Source: Octopus bimaculoides | Lineage: Eukaryota | Length of the DNA stretch: 64,000 bases | Direction of reading: 5' to 3' | Assembly (NCBI RefSeq): GCF_001194135.2 | Contig: NC_068985.1 | Location: 118,134,294 to 118,198,293 of the forward strand | Shown here: positions 39,900 to 53,270 of the stretch, one piece after another | How the letters are laid out: each line of letters begins with the position of its first letter | How positions within the stretch are numbered: the stretch's first letter is position 1 | Notes under the pieces: model-generated | Databases searched by the model: none | The model's input: only the letters and a program-made list of their open reading frames with translations | What the model was told of the DNA's origin: nothing | Position numbers and translations under genes: made by a program

Positions 39900-40260
39900 T
39901 TTAGTAGAAAGTGGGTTATACATCTTTAGATGTATACCTGACTTTCCTACTATAAAATTAGAATATAACGGAACGCTGAACTCCAGACTATCAACTTAAA
40001 CAACATTTATTCAGGTGGTAAATATGTACATCTTTAGCTCTTGTTGTTACAGCTTCTGTTGTGTGTGAGCATAGTTGTTGGGACATGGGTATGTAGTTGT
40101 GAGCGAGTTGTCGAGTGTAAGTCCGAAAGATGGAGAGTGACAACTACACGCGTCCATGCTCTATTGCTGGCCAGCAAGAAAGAGAATGAATTAAGCGGGA
40201 ACGCTTGCTTGTTTAATTCCACGCATGCGTGAGACCACGCATGTGCATGGCGTTACTACA
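39900..40260 (-). mobile_element. Solo LTR (family 2), TGTAGT...CTAAA, 4-bp TSD
   Basis: AAAG at 39896-39899 and 40261-40264. AATAAA and GCGTTCCGTT in the 3' part. Subterminal hairpin at 39914-39938. Homologous to 45964-46386. Confidence 0.7.
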
Positions 40261-41299
40261 AAAGCATTAACAAACTAAAAAAAAAAAAAATGACTAGGAA
40301 AGTAAAAGTACTTTAATATTCAACATAGTTTAAGTAACCATTTCAGACAAGTCAGTAATCTCAATTTTTAGATGTAAAAGCAAGATAAAAAACAATGTAT
40401 ATCCTACATCAATATGCATGAGAAACTTCATTAAATAACTTAGCATGCATGTTGATTATAAACATCTGTATAAATTAAAAATATCAGTTACAATGTTCCA
40501 ATTCAGAAGATCTACTTATTTCTTCCCCACAAATGAAAATCCGCAAAAAAAAAAAAAAAAAAAAGGTAATAGTCAATAACGAATGAACAAAAAATTTAGT
40601 AGAGTAATTTATACAAGAATAGAACCTATGAAGAAGCCTCTATGAAATAACTTGACCTACTCGAAATAGCCACCAAATTGCATTCAAATTATTCTATTCT
40701 GCCCCAAAAAACAGGACACAAAGGATGATATGAACCCAGAGAAATTGTATCTAATAAATAACACAAAAGGAACAAAAAAAAACACAAAAAAACAGAAGCA
40801 TCAAAAGACAATACAATCATGACTGGTATGCCCTTTGATCATAGATTTGGTAGATCAGAGATATTATGGGATTACACAACCAAAACTATCCAATAAATTC
40901 AATAGATAATATTCAGTTAAAAAGAAACAAACCACACACACACACACACAGACAAATATGTGTAAACAAAATGCATATCTTTTATCTTTTACTTGTTTCA
41001 ATTGGATGTTGGCCATTTTGGGGCACTGCTTTGAAGAGTCAAACAAGCCAACTGCAGTACTTATTTTAAGGCTGACACCTATTCTATTGGCCTTTTTTGG
41101 TGAACTACTAAGTTGTGGAGATGTAAACAAACCCACACTGGTTGTCAAGTGGTAGTTGGGGACAAAGGAACACAGAAACACACGCATATATATTTAATAC
41201 ATACTTCTACCAACTAATAATAATGATATTTATCTTCCACTTAAAGTGGAGATACTGAACCTGAATTAGTGGTTAGCAACTTTAAACTTAGGTTAGATG

Positions 41300-41505
41300 T
41301 TTACAGAGATGCAAACTGGTTTGGAAAAGAAAGTGACTGTTTACCTCCCCACTTACTAGGACTTTAGTTTTTGCAACATTGACTCTGAGGCCCTTTGATT
41401 CTAAGCCTTACTTCCACACCTGAAATTTCTTCTCTAGTTCTGGTAGTGATTCAGCTATGAGAGCAAGGTCATCAGCATAGAGGAGCTCCCAGGAGCAACC
41501 TGTCT
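41300..41505 (-). pseudogene. RTE-clade RT fragment
   Basis: GCSWELLYADDLALIAESLPELEKKFQVWK*GLESKGLRVN. Confidence 0.85.
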
Positions 41506-42331
41506 TATATATATAATATAAACAAATAATAACAGATGGATTATGTGTGTGTGCATGCATGCGCATCAACTTGGGTAGAGGCTTCTACTATAGCTCTGTG
41601 GATGAGATTTCTCATATTGGTTTCTAGATGTTTGTATCCTGAGTTCAAATCCCACCATGGAAGGGATTGGAACCCAGAGCTGTCTTTAGGCATGGGCACA
41701 CTGGGCAGTTGTTTGTATGTCCCATGGGTTTAGGGACCTAATGCTAATATCTATATGCTGTAGGCTGCTGTTAATAAATTCATGCACGGCCCTAATTCAT
41801 TGCTTTGCCCATGAACTTACCTTAATGTAAAAAACACTGCAAGAACACCACCATGTACACATCTATAGTTAACCATAGATACCATTTGAATGGCATTTTA
41901 ACCTGTTAAGAGCAGTTGGTTCCTAATGATGATAATGATGACGATGATGATGATGGTGTTTATAATGATGATGTTTATGATGATGATGTCTATGATGGTA
42001 ATAGTAATAATGATAATCAATTCTACTGTTCTTGTGATGATAAATCAGAAACACATATCCATAAATAATATATAATTCATTCACACACACACACACACAC
42101 ATACACACACACAAACAAACAAAGACTTGCACACAAATCTAGAAATACTAGGATCTTCTAAGAAAATATAAAAGAAACTGAGGTGCATTCTTCAAATCCA
42201 ATCTATTAGGAGCACAGTGAAAAATTTATAAGACATTCCAAAGATTCTTCATCTGAGGTTCTTTAAATAACTGTCTGCACACCTATAGTTGTGTGCGTTT
42301 ACAAAGACACATATGTAAAAAACAATCAAGT

Positions 42332-42402
<71 letters not shown>

Positions 42403-43371
42403 CCTAAGTACTAAAGAGACATATTCACACAGAACATAAGTCCAGGTGTGTTCACCTACATATATGCACGCATTTACTCAACAACATATTTACAAATCCT
42501 AAGAATTGTAATAACTTAAAAAGTTCTGTCACTTTGTTAGCAATCAGTTTCAACTCAATGAGGAAGAACTTATATAAATCTTACCAAAAAAAGGTATGTA
42601 TGTATGTATGTATGTTTTTATGATTTTTATGTATGCATGTATGTTCTTAGGTATGTATAGACACATGACCTATCGTGCAGAGTTCATATTTAATACAAAA
42701 TCTAAGGGTATAATATGGAATGGAAAATTATAAATCTAACCAAACTATATTAAGGAAATAGATAGGAGCATCATTTAAGTACATATAAAGCACTTCAGTT
42801 TGTAATGTTAGATGGAAATCATCCTCATTATCATAACATCTGTTTTCCGTACTGGTATGGATTGGACAGTCAATAATTTATTTATATTACAATATTACAT
42901 TCAATACTATGAATATAATATATAACATAATATATAAATAATTATAAAAACTGTAAAAGGCCAACAAATTGTTCCGACTTATATATATTTTTTCTGATAT
43001 ATTACAATTAAACCTTGGGAGAGGCATTATGCCGGTAATAAACACACGCACTGGTTCAGTCCTTTATTAATTTATATAGTTTTTTGTTAAATTATTTCAT
43101 TGCACTCTTGCAATCTCTTCAGTAACTTGTCTCTCCATTAATAAAGGACTGAACCAGTGCGTGTGTTTATTACCGGCATAATGCCTCNNNNNNNNNNNNN
43201 NNNNNNNNNNNNNNNNNNNNNNNNNNNNNNNNNNNNNNNNNNNNNNNNNNNNNNNNNNNNNNNNNNNNNNNNNNNNNNNNNNNNNNNNNNNNNNNNNNNN
43301 NNNNNNNNNNNNNNNNNNNNNNNNNNNNNNNNNNNNNNNNNNNNNNNNNNNNNNNNNNNNNNNNNNNNNNN

Positions 43372-44381
43372 CACAACATCTGTGCTGTGTATGGAGAAGA
43401 ACTACTGAAAGAACTACTTGTGATTGGTATGCCAAGTTCAAAAATGGAAATTTTGACCTCAAAGACGTACCTGTTTCTGGCTGTCCAGTTGAGTTTGATG
43501 AAGAGCGATTAAACCAACTTTTGCACGAAAATTCTCATCAAATGACAAGGGAATTGGCAGAGAAAATGGAATGCTCCCACACTGCTATAGAGAAGCATCT
43601 TCACTCGATGGGAAAGGTTCAGAAGTATGGACCATGGGTTTCGCATACTTTAAGTGACAACAACAAAAATCAACGAGCCACAATCTCCGCTGGTTTGCTT
43701 GGTCATCACCGCTCAACTCATGGACACAAGCAACGATTTCTTTACCAAATCATTACTGGTGACGAAAAATGGTGCCTGTCCATCAGTATGAAGCAGCGTA
43801 AGGAATGGCTTAGCCCTGGTAAACAAGTGACACCACGCGTGAAACAAGATCTTTATCCGCGTAAAACAATGTTGTGTGTATGGTGGGACTCGGAAGAGAT
43901 TATCCATTATGAATTGCTTGAATGGAATCAAACAGTCAACATGAAACTCTATGTTCAACAAATGGAATGACTCAACACGGCTATTCAAGAGAAAAGACCT
44001 AATTGGCAGCATGGACTTCTTGCTGCACGACAACGCTTCCCTCATATTGCCAATATGACCAAGGAAGCCATTCAAATGTTTGGCTGGGATGTGCTTCCAC
44101 ACCCTGATTTGGTACTGATGGATTTCCACCTCTTTCAAATGCTATGTGCAGAGTTTTGTTCAATACTGATGCAGAATTGAGAGCTTTGTTGGATCAATTT
44201 TTTGAGTCGAAATCGGGTGATTTCTACCAACGAGGTATTGAAAATCTTGTTGAACATTGAGAAGAAGTTTTAAACAACAAGGGTGAATACATTATTGATT
44301 AATTAGTTGTTATTTTTTATTAAACCTTTTAAAAACTTTAAATTAAAAAAAAACAGCAGGAACTTACTTGCCAACCCAATA
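43372..44381 (+). mobile_element. Mariner transposon relic (Mos1-like D,D34D family)
   Basis: HSMGKVQKYGPWVSHTL, IITGDEKWC, KTMLCVWWD and HDNASPH. Right TIR ...CTTGCCAACCCAA followed by TA. Confidence 0.9.
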
Positions 44382-44714
44382 CATAATCACAGTTCCATTA
44401 TATATAAGTCACTTCAGATCCATTGGTTCAGAAAGACAAAATTCTATCTGAATCCAGCCGTTCTTCCAGACGGAATTTTGTCATTCTGAACCAATGGACC
44501 CTGAAGTGACTTATATATAATGGAACTGTAATTATGTATATCAGAAAAAATATATATAAGTTGAAACAATTTGTTGGCTTTTACTGTTTTTATAATTATT
44601 TATATAATATTATGTTATATATTATATTCATAGTATTTAATGTAATATTGTAATATAAATAAATTATTGACTGTCAATAAAATATATCTATATTTAATTT
44701 ATATATATATGCAA

Positions 44715-44761
<47 letters not shown>

Positions 44762-45963
44762 CAATGATTTTTACTTTATTAATTTCTTCCAAAGTGTATC
44801 CACTCTACATGAAAAAACTTTCTTAACAGTGAAAATGAAGTCTAAAGTTGTATGAACAACTTCTGTTATCCCTCATCACCACTCCACAACCCATGACAAA
44901 AAAAAATATGTTTTAGATATCCTTTGAATATTTTGTAAACCACTGGAAACATTGTACTTGTAAAAGGTTAATAAAAATACTTTTTATAGAACTTGTTTTC
45001 TGTGCCAGTTGTAGAAAATTTTTTTAATGTATTACATGTCTTCATTCTTAATTTTTTTTTTCACTTTCTTGGTTATGTTTCTGCTTTCACAAAAGATAGG
45101 ACTGATAAAAACAGGTTGGAGAGAAATATGTTTGTTAGAATGAAATATCATACACAAAGCATTAAGCTTCTCATCTTTCTCACAGCAAAATATTCAATTT
45201 ATTTTTACTATCTTTATAGATTTATATATTCATTCATATATTTATGTATTTTCTGATAGTTTAGTCAAAGGAAGAAAGGCAGTCTCTATTATTCTTTCAA
45301 GGCTCTCCAAGATTGATTGAAGGAATAGATAATGCCTTTCCTTGACCAGAGACCTAGCTCAAATACTTGCAACAGAGTGGACTTTACCAAAGGTACCCAA
45401 GAGTCAGATGGTGGTGTTAAACCAGGCAGCAAATCAAATCTGTTGTCCAAGAACAGAAACAGTCTCTCTGATGTGCTCCACAGTTTCCAGTTATCAGATT
45501 TTACTCACAAAACTTTGGTTGACCCAAGACTATGGCAGAAAATATCTGCCTAAGATGTCACACCATGGGATTGAACATGAAATCACATACTTCTTAACCC
45601 ACAACTATGTTTATTAATACAGAACACCACTATTTTCCTGAGAGTGAGTGATGAGTGAGTGAGAGAGAGAGAGAGAGAGAGAGAGTGCAGCAACACTCAG
45701 CTGGTACTCATTTACATTTGAGTAAACATGAACAACAGGAAATAAAATACATTGCTCATGGCCATAATGCACCTCCTAACCTAGGAAATGAACTCATGAC
45801 ATTATGAGCATAAGTTAACCATTTTAACCACTAGATCATACACCTTCACACAAAATTATAATGGGCAAAATATTTCTAATAACAAACTAAAACTCAGAAT
45901 ATTTGTCCCCACTTAAATGTGTATGTCCTTTTAGAACAAACTATAATGCCATAGAAAAACTCT

Positions 45964-46386
45964 TGTAGTGACACCTTATAGCAGACGACTGTTATATGTT
46001 CAATGTCCGGAGTTTTATCCACGCATGCGCAGGGACTAGTTCCGGAAGGAATACAGGAAGAGTCTCATGCACATACGTAGAGTTCGACACCCAGCTTTGG
46101 CGCCTTTTCTCAGTCTCATCGTTGACTGATCTCCATCGAGCCAAGACGTCCAACAGAGCTCTCTCACATGTCAGCACCAGAGCTTCACAAATAACCACGG
46201 AAATCATTCAGAAGGCGTCTCAGTAACCGAGGGCGACGAGCTACCGAATTCCCTCCAAGCGTGAACTGAATTCCACTGTAAATAAATATTGTTATGTTGT
46301 TCAGAATCTGCGTTCCGTTGTTTCTTCAAGAAATTTAATGTACGGAAGCAGGTATACACCTAATGGTGTATAACCACTTTCCTAAA
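45964..46386 (+). mobile_element. Solo LTR (family 2), TGTAGT...CTAAA, 4-bp TSD, inserted in an older repeat
   Basis: CTCT at 45960-45963 and 46387-46390. AATAAA near 46282. Hairpin at 46351-46375. The flanks rejoin into the repeat also seen at 47440-47640. Confidence 0.7.
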
Positions 46387-46514
46387 CTCTTATACTGGCA
46401 CTTTTGTTTATATTGCTAGCAGGCAGATAAATCCCTGCCATCTCCAGTGCCAAGACCACCAGATCATGTGATTTCAACCTTCTACAATCTTGCCAATGAC
46501 GGATGCTTGACACA

Positions 46515-47142
46515 AAGATAAGAAAATACCAGTTCATAGTTCAGGTATACAGTAAATAGAAGGTCTGTACATAAGAGGTTGTGGCCTAATAGCAGAGCTG
46601 AAGTGTCACATGTCGTGAGAAGAAGTTGAGGCTACGATCCTGTGACCAGTTACTTGAATACAGAAGATTCTCACAGGTTGTTCTGGCTGTTATTTTCGTG
46701 GTGGAAACAATCCACACAAACAGTCTTGAGAGGAACCGCGGTTGCTGGCTTGCGTAAGTAGTGGCATCGTGTTGACGTTGGCGATGAGAGTGTAGTAAAC
46801 AGTTGAACGGTGGTGTTGACATCGTCACTGAAAGCTGGCTGGCTGGTGTTCTGTGTGGTGGTCAACGACCAGACCTCAGAGAGGTCTAAAGCCGAAGACA
46901 AACTGGCGTGGATAAAGCAGGCTATTTATAGGTAAAAAAGGGCTCCAGAAACATCAGAAAAACACTCTCTCATGTAACCTTATTAGAAGGCCATGATTGG
47001 TCGGTATGCACCCTGGCACGAAACAGAACCGGTGACAAATGCTGCGCAAATAAGAGCCAATCAGGGTGATGGACACAGCAGGGTCCAAGGCGGGCTGAGC
47101 TAGATGTTACCCGCTACGTTCGCATTTGAAAATATATAACCA
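46515..47142 (-). mobile_element. LTR (family 1), 3'-truncated copy
   Basis: CCAAT (46996-47000) and TATAAATA (46923-46930) on the minus strand. Aligns by eye with 23737-24330. Confidence 0.65.
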
Positions 47143-47286
47143 TGAGAGAGGTTTCACTACAAATATATTGTTTATTCTGTGTTCACTTTTTGTGGTGGAA
47201 GCATGTAGTATGATACAAAAACATGTGCGTTTGCATTCAAAGAAAGTTTTGATTTTTGCTTTTGCTCTGAATTGATGAATGTTTGA

Positions 47287-47890
47287 TTGCTAGAAGTAGC
47301 AGTAACTCATCTGCCTGCCAGCAATATATAGAAAACAGTGCCAGAACAGGTGCCGGTGTTATAATTAGCCAGTGAGCTTGTTAAAAATATATACATTATT
47401 GGCAGAGGGAGTATTAGTACTGAGATGTAATATTTATCACCACTTAAATATGGATGCTTTGCTAGAACAAACTATATTGTGGTAGATATTATGAGAGAAA
47501 CTTTCATATACTGCCTCTGTCACTAATATATATTTTTTAACAAGTTCACTGGCTAATTGTAACACCAGCACCTGTTCTAGCACTGTTTTTCTATATATTG
47601 CTGTCAAGGAGATGAGTTGCTGCTATCTCTAGCAGTTGAGTGGCCATCATTGACAAGACCAAGGAAAGTCAAAATCACATGATCTGATAGGCTCAGTGCT
47701 GGAGATCACAGGGATTTATATCCCCACTAATTATATAAGCAAGAGTGCATGTTGCACCGAAAGCTAATATGAGAGTTTCTCTCATGGTATCTACTGCAGT
47801 ATAGTTTGTTCTAATAGAACATCCATGTTTAAGTGGGGATAAATTTAACCTCTTGGTATTAATACTGCCTCTGTTGCTAATATACATTTT
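47287..47890. repeat. Nested inverted repeats (A-B-A' ... B')
   Basis: 47287-47413 is inverted at 47509-47634. Approximately 47385-47508 is inverted at 47770-47890. Confidence 0.75.
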
Positions 47891-48329
47891 TAATAAAATC
47901 TCAGAATATACAATGCAGGTACAAGGCAAAATGATATAGACAGTAGAGATACAACAATAGATAATCAAGATACAAGATAAGGCCATACAATATAAATAGA
48001 ACATACAGCCACAGAACATAAAGCTACACAAAGCTTTACTCATAGCAAAAAAATATATTATGTAAATATCCTCAGTAGGATGGGTGTAATTGTTTGTTTT
48101 GGCGCAATACATCAATGTGTGAATTAATATTTGTGAGTGATGTTCTTAAGGGAATTTCTATGCTTTAATTGGTGCATAGTATTTTGTCTTCCCTGCCATT
48201 AAAGTGGAAAAGGTAAATTCACATAGATAAACAAAGAGAAAAGACAGAAGAGCTGCTATTACTAATTCAGATAGTATTACAAATTGATTCCATATTCAGC
48301 CAGAAACTACTTAAGTTTGTTCATGAAAA

Positions 48330-49216
48330 TATTGGTTCATCCCATAAATAATGAGGTTTTTTATACTTCTTTTATTTTTCAATGCTCTTCCATCTGTCAG
48401 GTAGACTTGCAAGGCCCCTCTTCCAAAATTCACTTGTCCATGAGGAAAAATACTCCTCTAGTACTGTTCTGACTGCATCTACAGAATTCATATTTTTTCC
48501 ATCCAAATGATTTTGAAGACTGCAGAATGTCTGGCAAATATGGTGGGTGGGGCATTGTTTTCCATTCAAACTGCTCCAACCTTTGGAATGTCATCCTTGC
48601 TGTATGTGGCTTAGCATTATCCTGATGGAAGAACACCTTTCGTCTTGAAACCAAAGATGGTTGTTTCTTCTAGTACTGACTTAAACCACCCAAGCTGCTC
48701 GCAGTAGATCTCCTTTGTTATCATTTGGTTTGGGTTTAAAAGTTCAAAGTGGACTAAACCTTTCACATCCCACCAAACAGATAACAACACCTTACATGAG
48801 TGAAGACCTTCTTTAGCCTGGAGTGCTGGTGTTTCTCTTTTCCATACTCACTGTCTTCAGTGCTTGACATTTTTATAGAGAATCCATTCCTCATCGCTAG
48901 TCACTATTTGGTCCAAAACAGGTTCATTTGTGAGATGTGGCAGTAAAGAAGAGCACCCATTCACTCTCTGAGCAGAATTAGACTCAGAGAATTTGTGAGG
49001 AACCCATTGACCCAATTTGCTGACTTTTCCGATGGCATGCAGGTGTCGATGAATGGTTGAATGACCAAATCCAAGCTTCTCTGCTAGTTCCTCAACAGTT
49101 ATAATGGGATTTTGTTCCACTAGGGTTTGCATGATGTCCTTGTTGAGCTCTACAGATCTTCCAGGACAAGGCTCATCTTCTAGGCTGTAATTTCCGGCTC
49201 AGAATTTCTGGAACCA
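48330..49216 (-). mobile_element. Mariner transposon relic
   Basis: TIR TATTGGTTCATCCCATAAATAATG. Minus frames give IHRHLHAIGKVSKLGQWVPHK, IVTSDEEWILY, FFHQDNAKPH and MPHPPYLPD. Confidence 0.9.
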
Positions 49217-50727
49217 CCGTTGACACTGACTTATTGTCTGATCCCCATGTACTGCATTAATATTCCTTGCACTTTCCATTGCATTGTTGCTTTTATTGAC
49301 CTCATTAAGCAAAATATGCCGAATATGCTCCTTTGTCACTTCCATTATAGCTTTGAAAAAAATAACTTAGAATTGAACTGCACTCTTAAAAACTTGCACA
49401 AAGAACAAGGACAAGGTAAAATTACTACCTGCTTTTATAGCAAGTTGATGCATTATTTATGGGATGACCCAATAGAAGCTTCTGACTTGAATCTCATGAC
49501 AGCACTGCAAGTTTTTCTTGAGGCTTCAAAAAAAGATATTTCACCTGTTCCATTGCTACAATGAAAAAAATTTGGATACAATTTAATTTATAATTATCTG
49601 CAGTAGAAATTATTTTGAGAACTGTTCTTCCTTACGTTCAAAATGCTTAATTATGATTTGTTTAATCAAATTATTTTCACAGATAAATATAAGTTTATGA
49701 AAACATTTCAAATTCATTATTTTGTTCTACATGGGTTTATTATTTATTTTTCATGAAAACTTCAATTTAACCTTTCAAAGTGAAAATGTTTGTGTTCTCA
49801 GCTTACAGAGATATCTCAACTAGCATAATTTGCAAAGTCAATTCTCCTTATCAAAGAATTTTGCAAGACTAGTTATTTTCTCATAAAAACAACATTATTT
49901 ATTTCCTTCCTTTATAGTTTACCAGTCATCTCAAAACTTGATATTTTGACATAACATTTCTACAAGTGAAAATTTGGTTCTTTATCATAGCATAGACCTG
50001 TGAATTAATGGCTATTCAGTGTGTGAGTGGGTGATAGCGTTAGCTGTATTTTGTAATACTGCCCTTAATTCTGAAGAAATCTTTTAGCACAAACACCTCT
50101 TGATAAATCAGTCAATGAATTAATGTAGCGGGTGCATTGCTTACAGATTTAACGTTAACATGAAAGTCTTATAATTTTTCCAGCCATTGCTGGTGTGCTG
50201 TTGGTACATACTCCAACATAATTATTTACTTTCAGACTTACTTCCTTAAAAGGAAGACATTTCCACCTGTTGTGCATCTGTTTAACGATTAACAAAGCAG
50301 AAAGTTTGCATGCACATTGTTTTCATATGAATATCTGATAAATGAATTCCATTTATAATGTTGGTTGCTTTGATCAAACTGAATCAGATTTTGTACTTCT
50401 TTTATTCAGTATGTTGTTCAGGTAGAGTTTTGGATCAGGATGATGGCCTTCGAAACTCTGCTGATAATCCATTAAAAATAACATTCTTTTCTGCTAGTAA
50501 ATATGCCTTTCTCACAACCATTAGAGCATGAAACACTCTTCATAACCACAGGTTTGTGAGATGGTTGTGATCTGTAAACAGTTCTGAGTAGGAAATGGAA
50601 AGAGAAGTATGAACATGCAATGTGCATGTGCACACAGAATTCATAAAACAGAAGTGAAGAATAAATGCACAATGCACATGTCAAAATAAAATGGAAGAGA
50701 ATATAAACGCAATGTCAAACAAGTCAT

Positions 50728-50872
50728 ATTTTTACACCTCTCCCAAACATTAAGTCATATGCCATGTCTTATACTACTATCATGCAGCTTTGCTGCAATT
50801 TTCTTGTTTCTTACACACACACACACACACATGCATGCGCACTCGCTTAATGTTTGGGAGAGGTGTAAAAAT
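50728..50872. repeat. Perfect 27-bp inverted repeat around a 91-bp spacer (MITE-like or local fold-back)
   Basis: ATTTTTACACCTCTCCCAAACATTAAG at 50728-50754, with its exact reverse complement at 50846-50872. Confidence 0.8.
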
Positions 50873-51873
50873 TTAGATTACAAAATTGTTTTTGTTGCTT
50901 AAATCCCAGCAATAGACCAACCTTGGGCCAAACAAAACCCTTGTGTTACTTCTGCATCAGCATTCCATAAAATGTGTTGTTTTTCTTGCCTCTCTGACAT
51001 CTATTGATGTTTTTCAATATATCTCCCCATAAACACATTTTATAGAATGGTGGTCCATTGCTGGGATTTAAGCAACAAAAGAATTTGTAAGTTAAATCTC
51101 TCCCCCCCCCCGCACCAAGTGAGTCCATGAGCACATGCATGTGTGTAAGAAAAATCATATTTACTAACAGAAACAGCAATGACTTTCTCAGGTTCTCTAA
51201 CATTTAAAAATTATAAACAGAAACAAATGGGCGATGGGTGGTTAAACAAATCATAAATTTTCAAAATTGTTTTGCATTTAATAATATACTTTTCAGTTAG
51301 TAAATGTGTTTTCCCTTACACACACACACAAGCATATGTATGCACACACACACATGCACATGGACTCGCATGGTGCCTGGAGTGGGGTAAGAAACGAGGA
51401 AGGTAGCAGTTGGTTGTAGGATTTCCTAGAAACAACTGTGCACCTTTATAAACAAGTGCATCTTCGTAAAAATTAGTGGAAACGAAGCCTGAACAGGAGA
51501 AAGAAAGAATGATACAAAATCCTTATAAAAACCACATTAGAGAAAGAATGATACAAAATCTTTATAAAAATCATGTCAGTCTTTGGGTGTGTGTGAAACA
51601 AAGTATTATATTAAAGCAAAATATCTTTTACATAACTCTTAGAAATCACTAGTTTTCAAATAGTATCCAATGTTTTCACTTTCCTTTAGCAATTTTTCGT
51701 ACCGAAATTTTAATCGGGTAATCTAATACAGTTCAGTTTTGTGTGGAGAGAGGGAGAGACACACACACACATCTTTCATGTAATATACTTTGTGTAGCTA
51801 AACTTCCAAAGGCATACAATGTCATGGGTCAAATGGAGTGATTGAGCAATTTCATATATATATGTGCGTGTGC

Positions 51874-51926
<53 letters not shown>

Positions 51927-52525
51927 GTAGATGTAAGGACCCGAACCCTTCAAGGGATGTTTAGCATCCAAGTTCCTGAGGAAAACCCTAATTTGTGATT
52001 TCAAAAGGATTATATTTTCCTCAAAGTTACAAGGGAAAAACTCAGATCTTGTGAATCTTGTGAATTTTCCAAAGTCCTCTACCCACCCTCTCGGAAAAGA
52101 TTTTCCCCACAAATTTCTTTATAATCGTAATCTATACTGTTTGAAATGTATTTATATAAAATTTCATTGGAAAAACCCCATTTTTCTAAAAGCGATGAGG
52201 GAAAAACATCAGATCTTGTGAATTTTCCGAAGGCCTCTCCCCACCCCCATTGCTCTCTGCACATTTTTGTTTTCAGATTCGTTTTCTACACCTTTTTTCA
52301 CACCCACTGCACTATATTTTTTTCGATTTTGTTTCTGGGTAATAATGTTAAAATTAACCGAAAAGTTTTCTTGTGGATAAAACATTCTAATAAGAGAAAG
52401 CAAATACATTTTAGTATTCACCATGGAAGTCTCCGCAGTTCTCAAATAATATGTGAGCTCCACCTCCAGGATATTGTGTAACATAGTTTGAGAAACTGGG
52501 ACATAAATAACAATTATATTAATAA

Positions 52526-52700
52526 CTAGCTGACCCCGTGCCATCAAAAATGACGGCTAATTGCAGTATTTTATATATAAATAAGGTACAAAGTAAAGTA
52601 ACATAATAATCACAGATACAAACATTCACCTTCTTCCCTTGTACACGCACACACATACACACATATACTCACACAGAGTTGAAATGCTGTTTGATTTTAC
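52526..52700 (-). mobile_element. Helitron 3' end
   Basis: On the minus strand, the hairpin GCCGTCA-TTTT-TGATGGC (52540-52557) lies 10 nt before CTAG|T (52526-52529). Confidence 0.7.
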
Positions 52701-53021
52701 TTTTCAGTGTTGAACGTTCACCATCTCATTTCCATTGCACACACACACACACACAGTTGAAATGCTGATTTTTATTTTTTCACCCCTTCCTTCATTATTC
52801 ATCTGTCACCCCTTCCTTTCTCATTCATATGTTGTGACGGAGAAAAACAGAAGATACACAATGTGCTATTTGCCACTTCCTCTCTCTCATTGCTATTACT
52901 TTTTCTCACTCCCTCTCAGTCAGGTCTATTACTCTCACTACTTCTCCTTCACTGAATTAGTATTTTCTCTCCTCTCCCTTCACTTATACTACTCTGTGTG
53001 ATTTTGGACAAATATATGTCT

Positions 53022-53270
53022 TCTATCTATCTATCTATCTATCTAAAGATGAGAATGTGTGTGTGTGTGTATGTCTGTCTGTCTGTGTGAATCCCTAAAA
53101 CTCGAGAACTACACAATCGATATCATTCAAATTTTACACATGCCTTACTTAGGGTCCATGCAGTGTCGTGGTTCAAAAAAATTCTCAACTTCTTGCCTAA
53201 TGCATCATACAGGTCAATCCCGATCAAGTAGACTCATAATCAACGATGTGTCACTCTTGGGTTGTACTGT
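53022..53270 (+). mobile_element. Helitron-like non-autonomous 5' fragment
   Basis: TCTATCTATC...GTCTGTCTG...AACTCGAGAACTAC...CAAATTTTACACATG, typical of non-autonomous Helitron 5' ends. Confidence 0.5.

Noticed and set aside
41815-41905. Strong minus-strand donor AG|GTAAGT at about 41821
   Set aside because: With the best upstream acceptor all three frames contain stops, and the alternative acceptor lacks a pyrimidine tract.
50418-50464. GATGA...CGAAAC within a stem, resembling a type III hammerhead
   Set aside because: The CUGANGA core is not intact and stem I cannot form.
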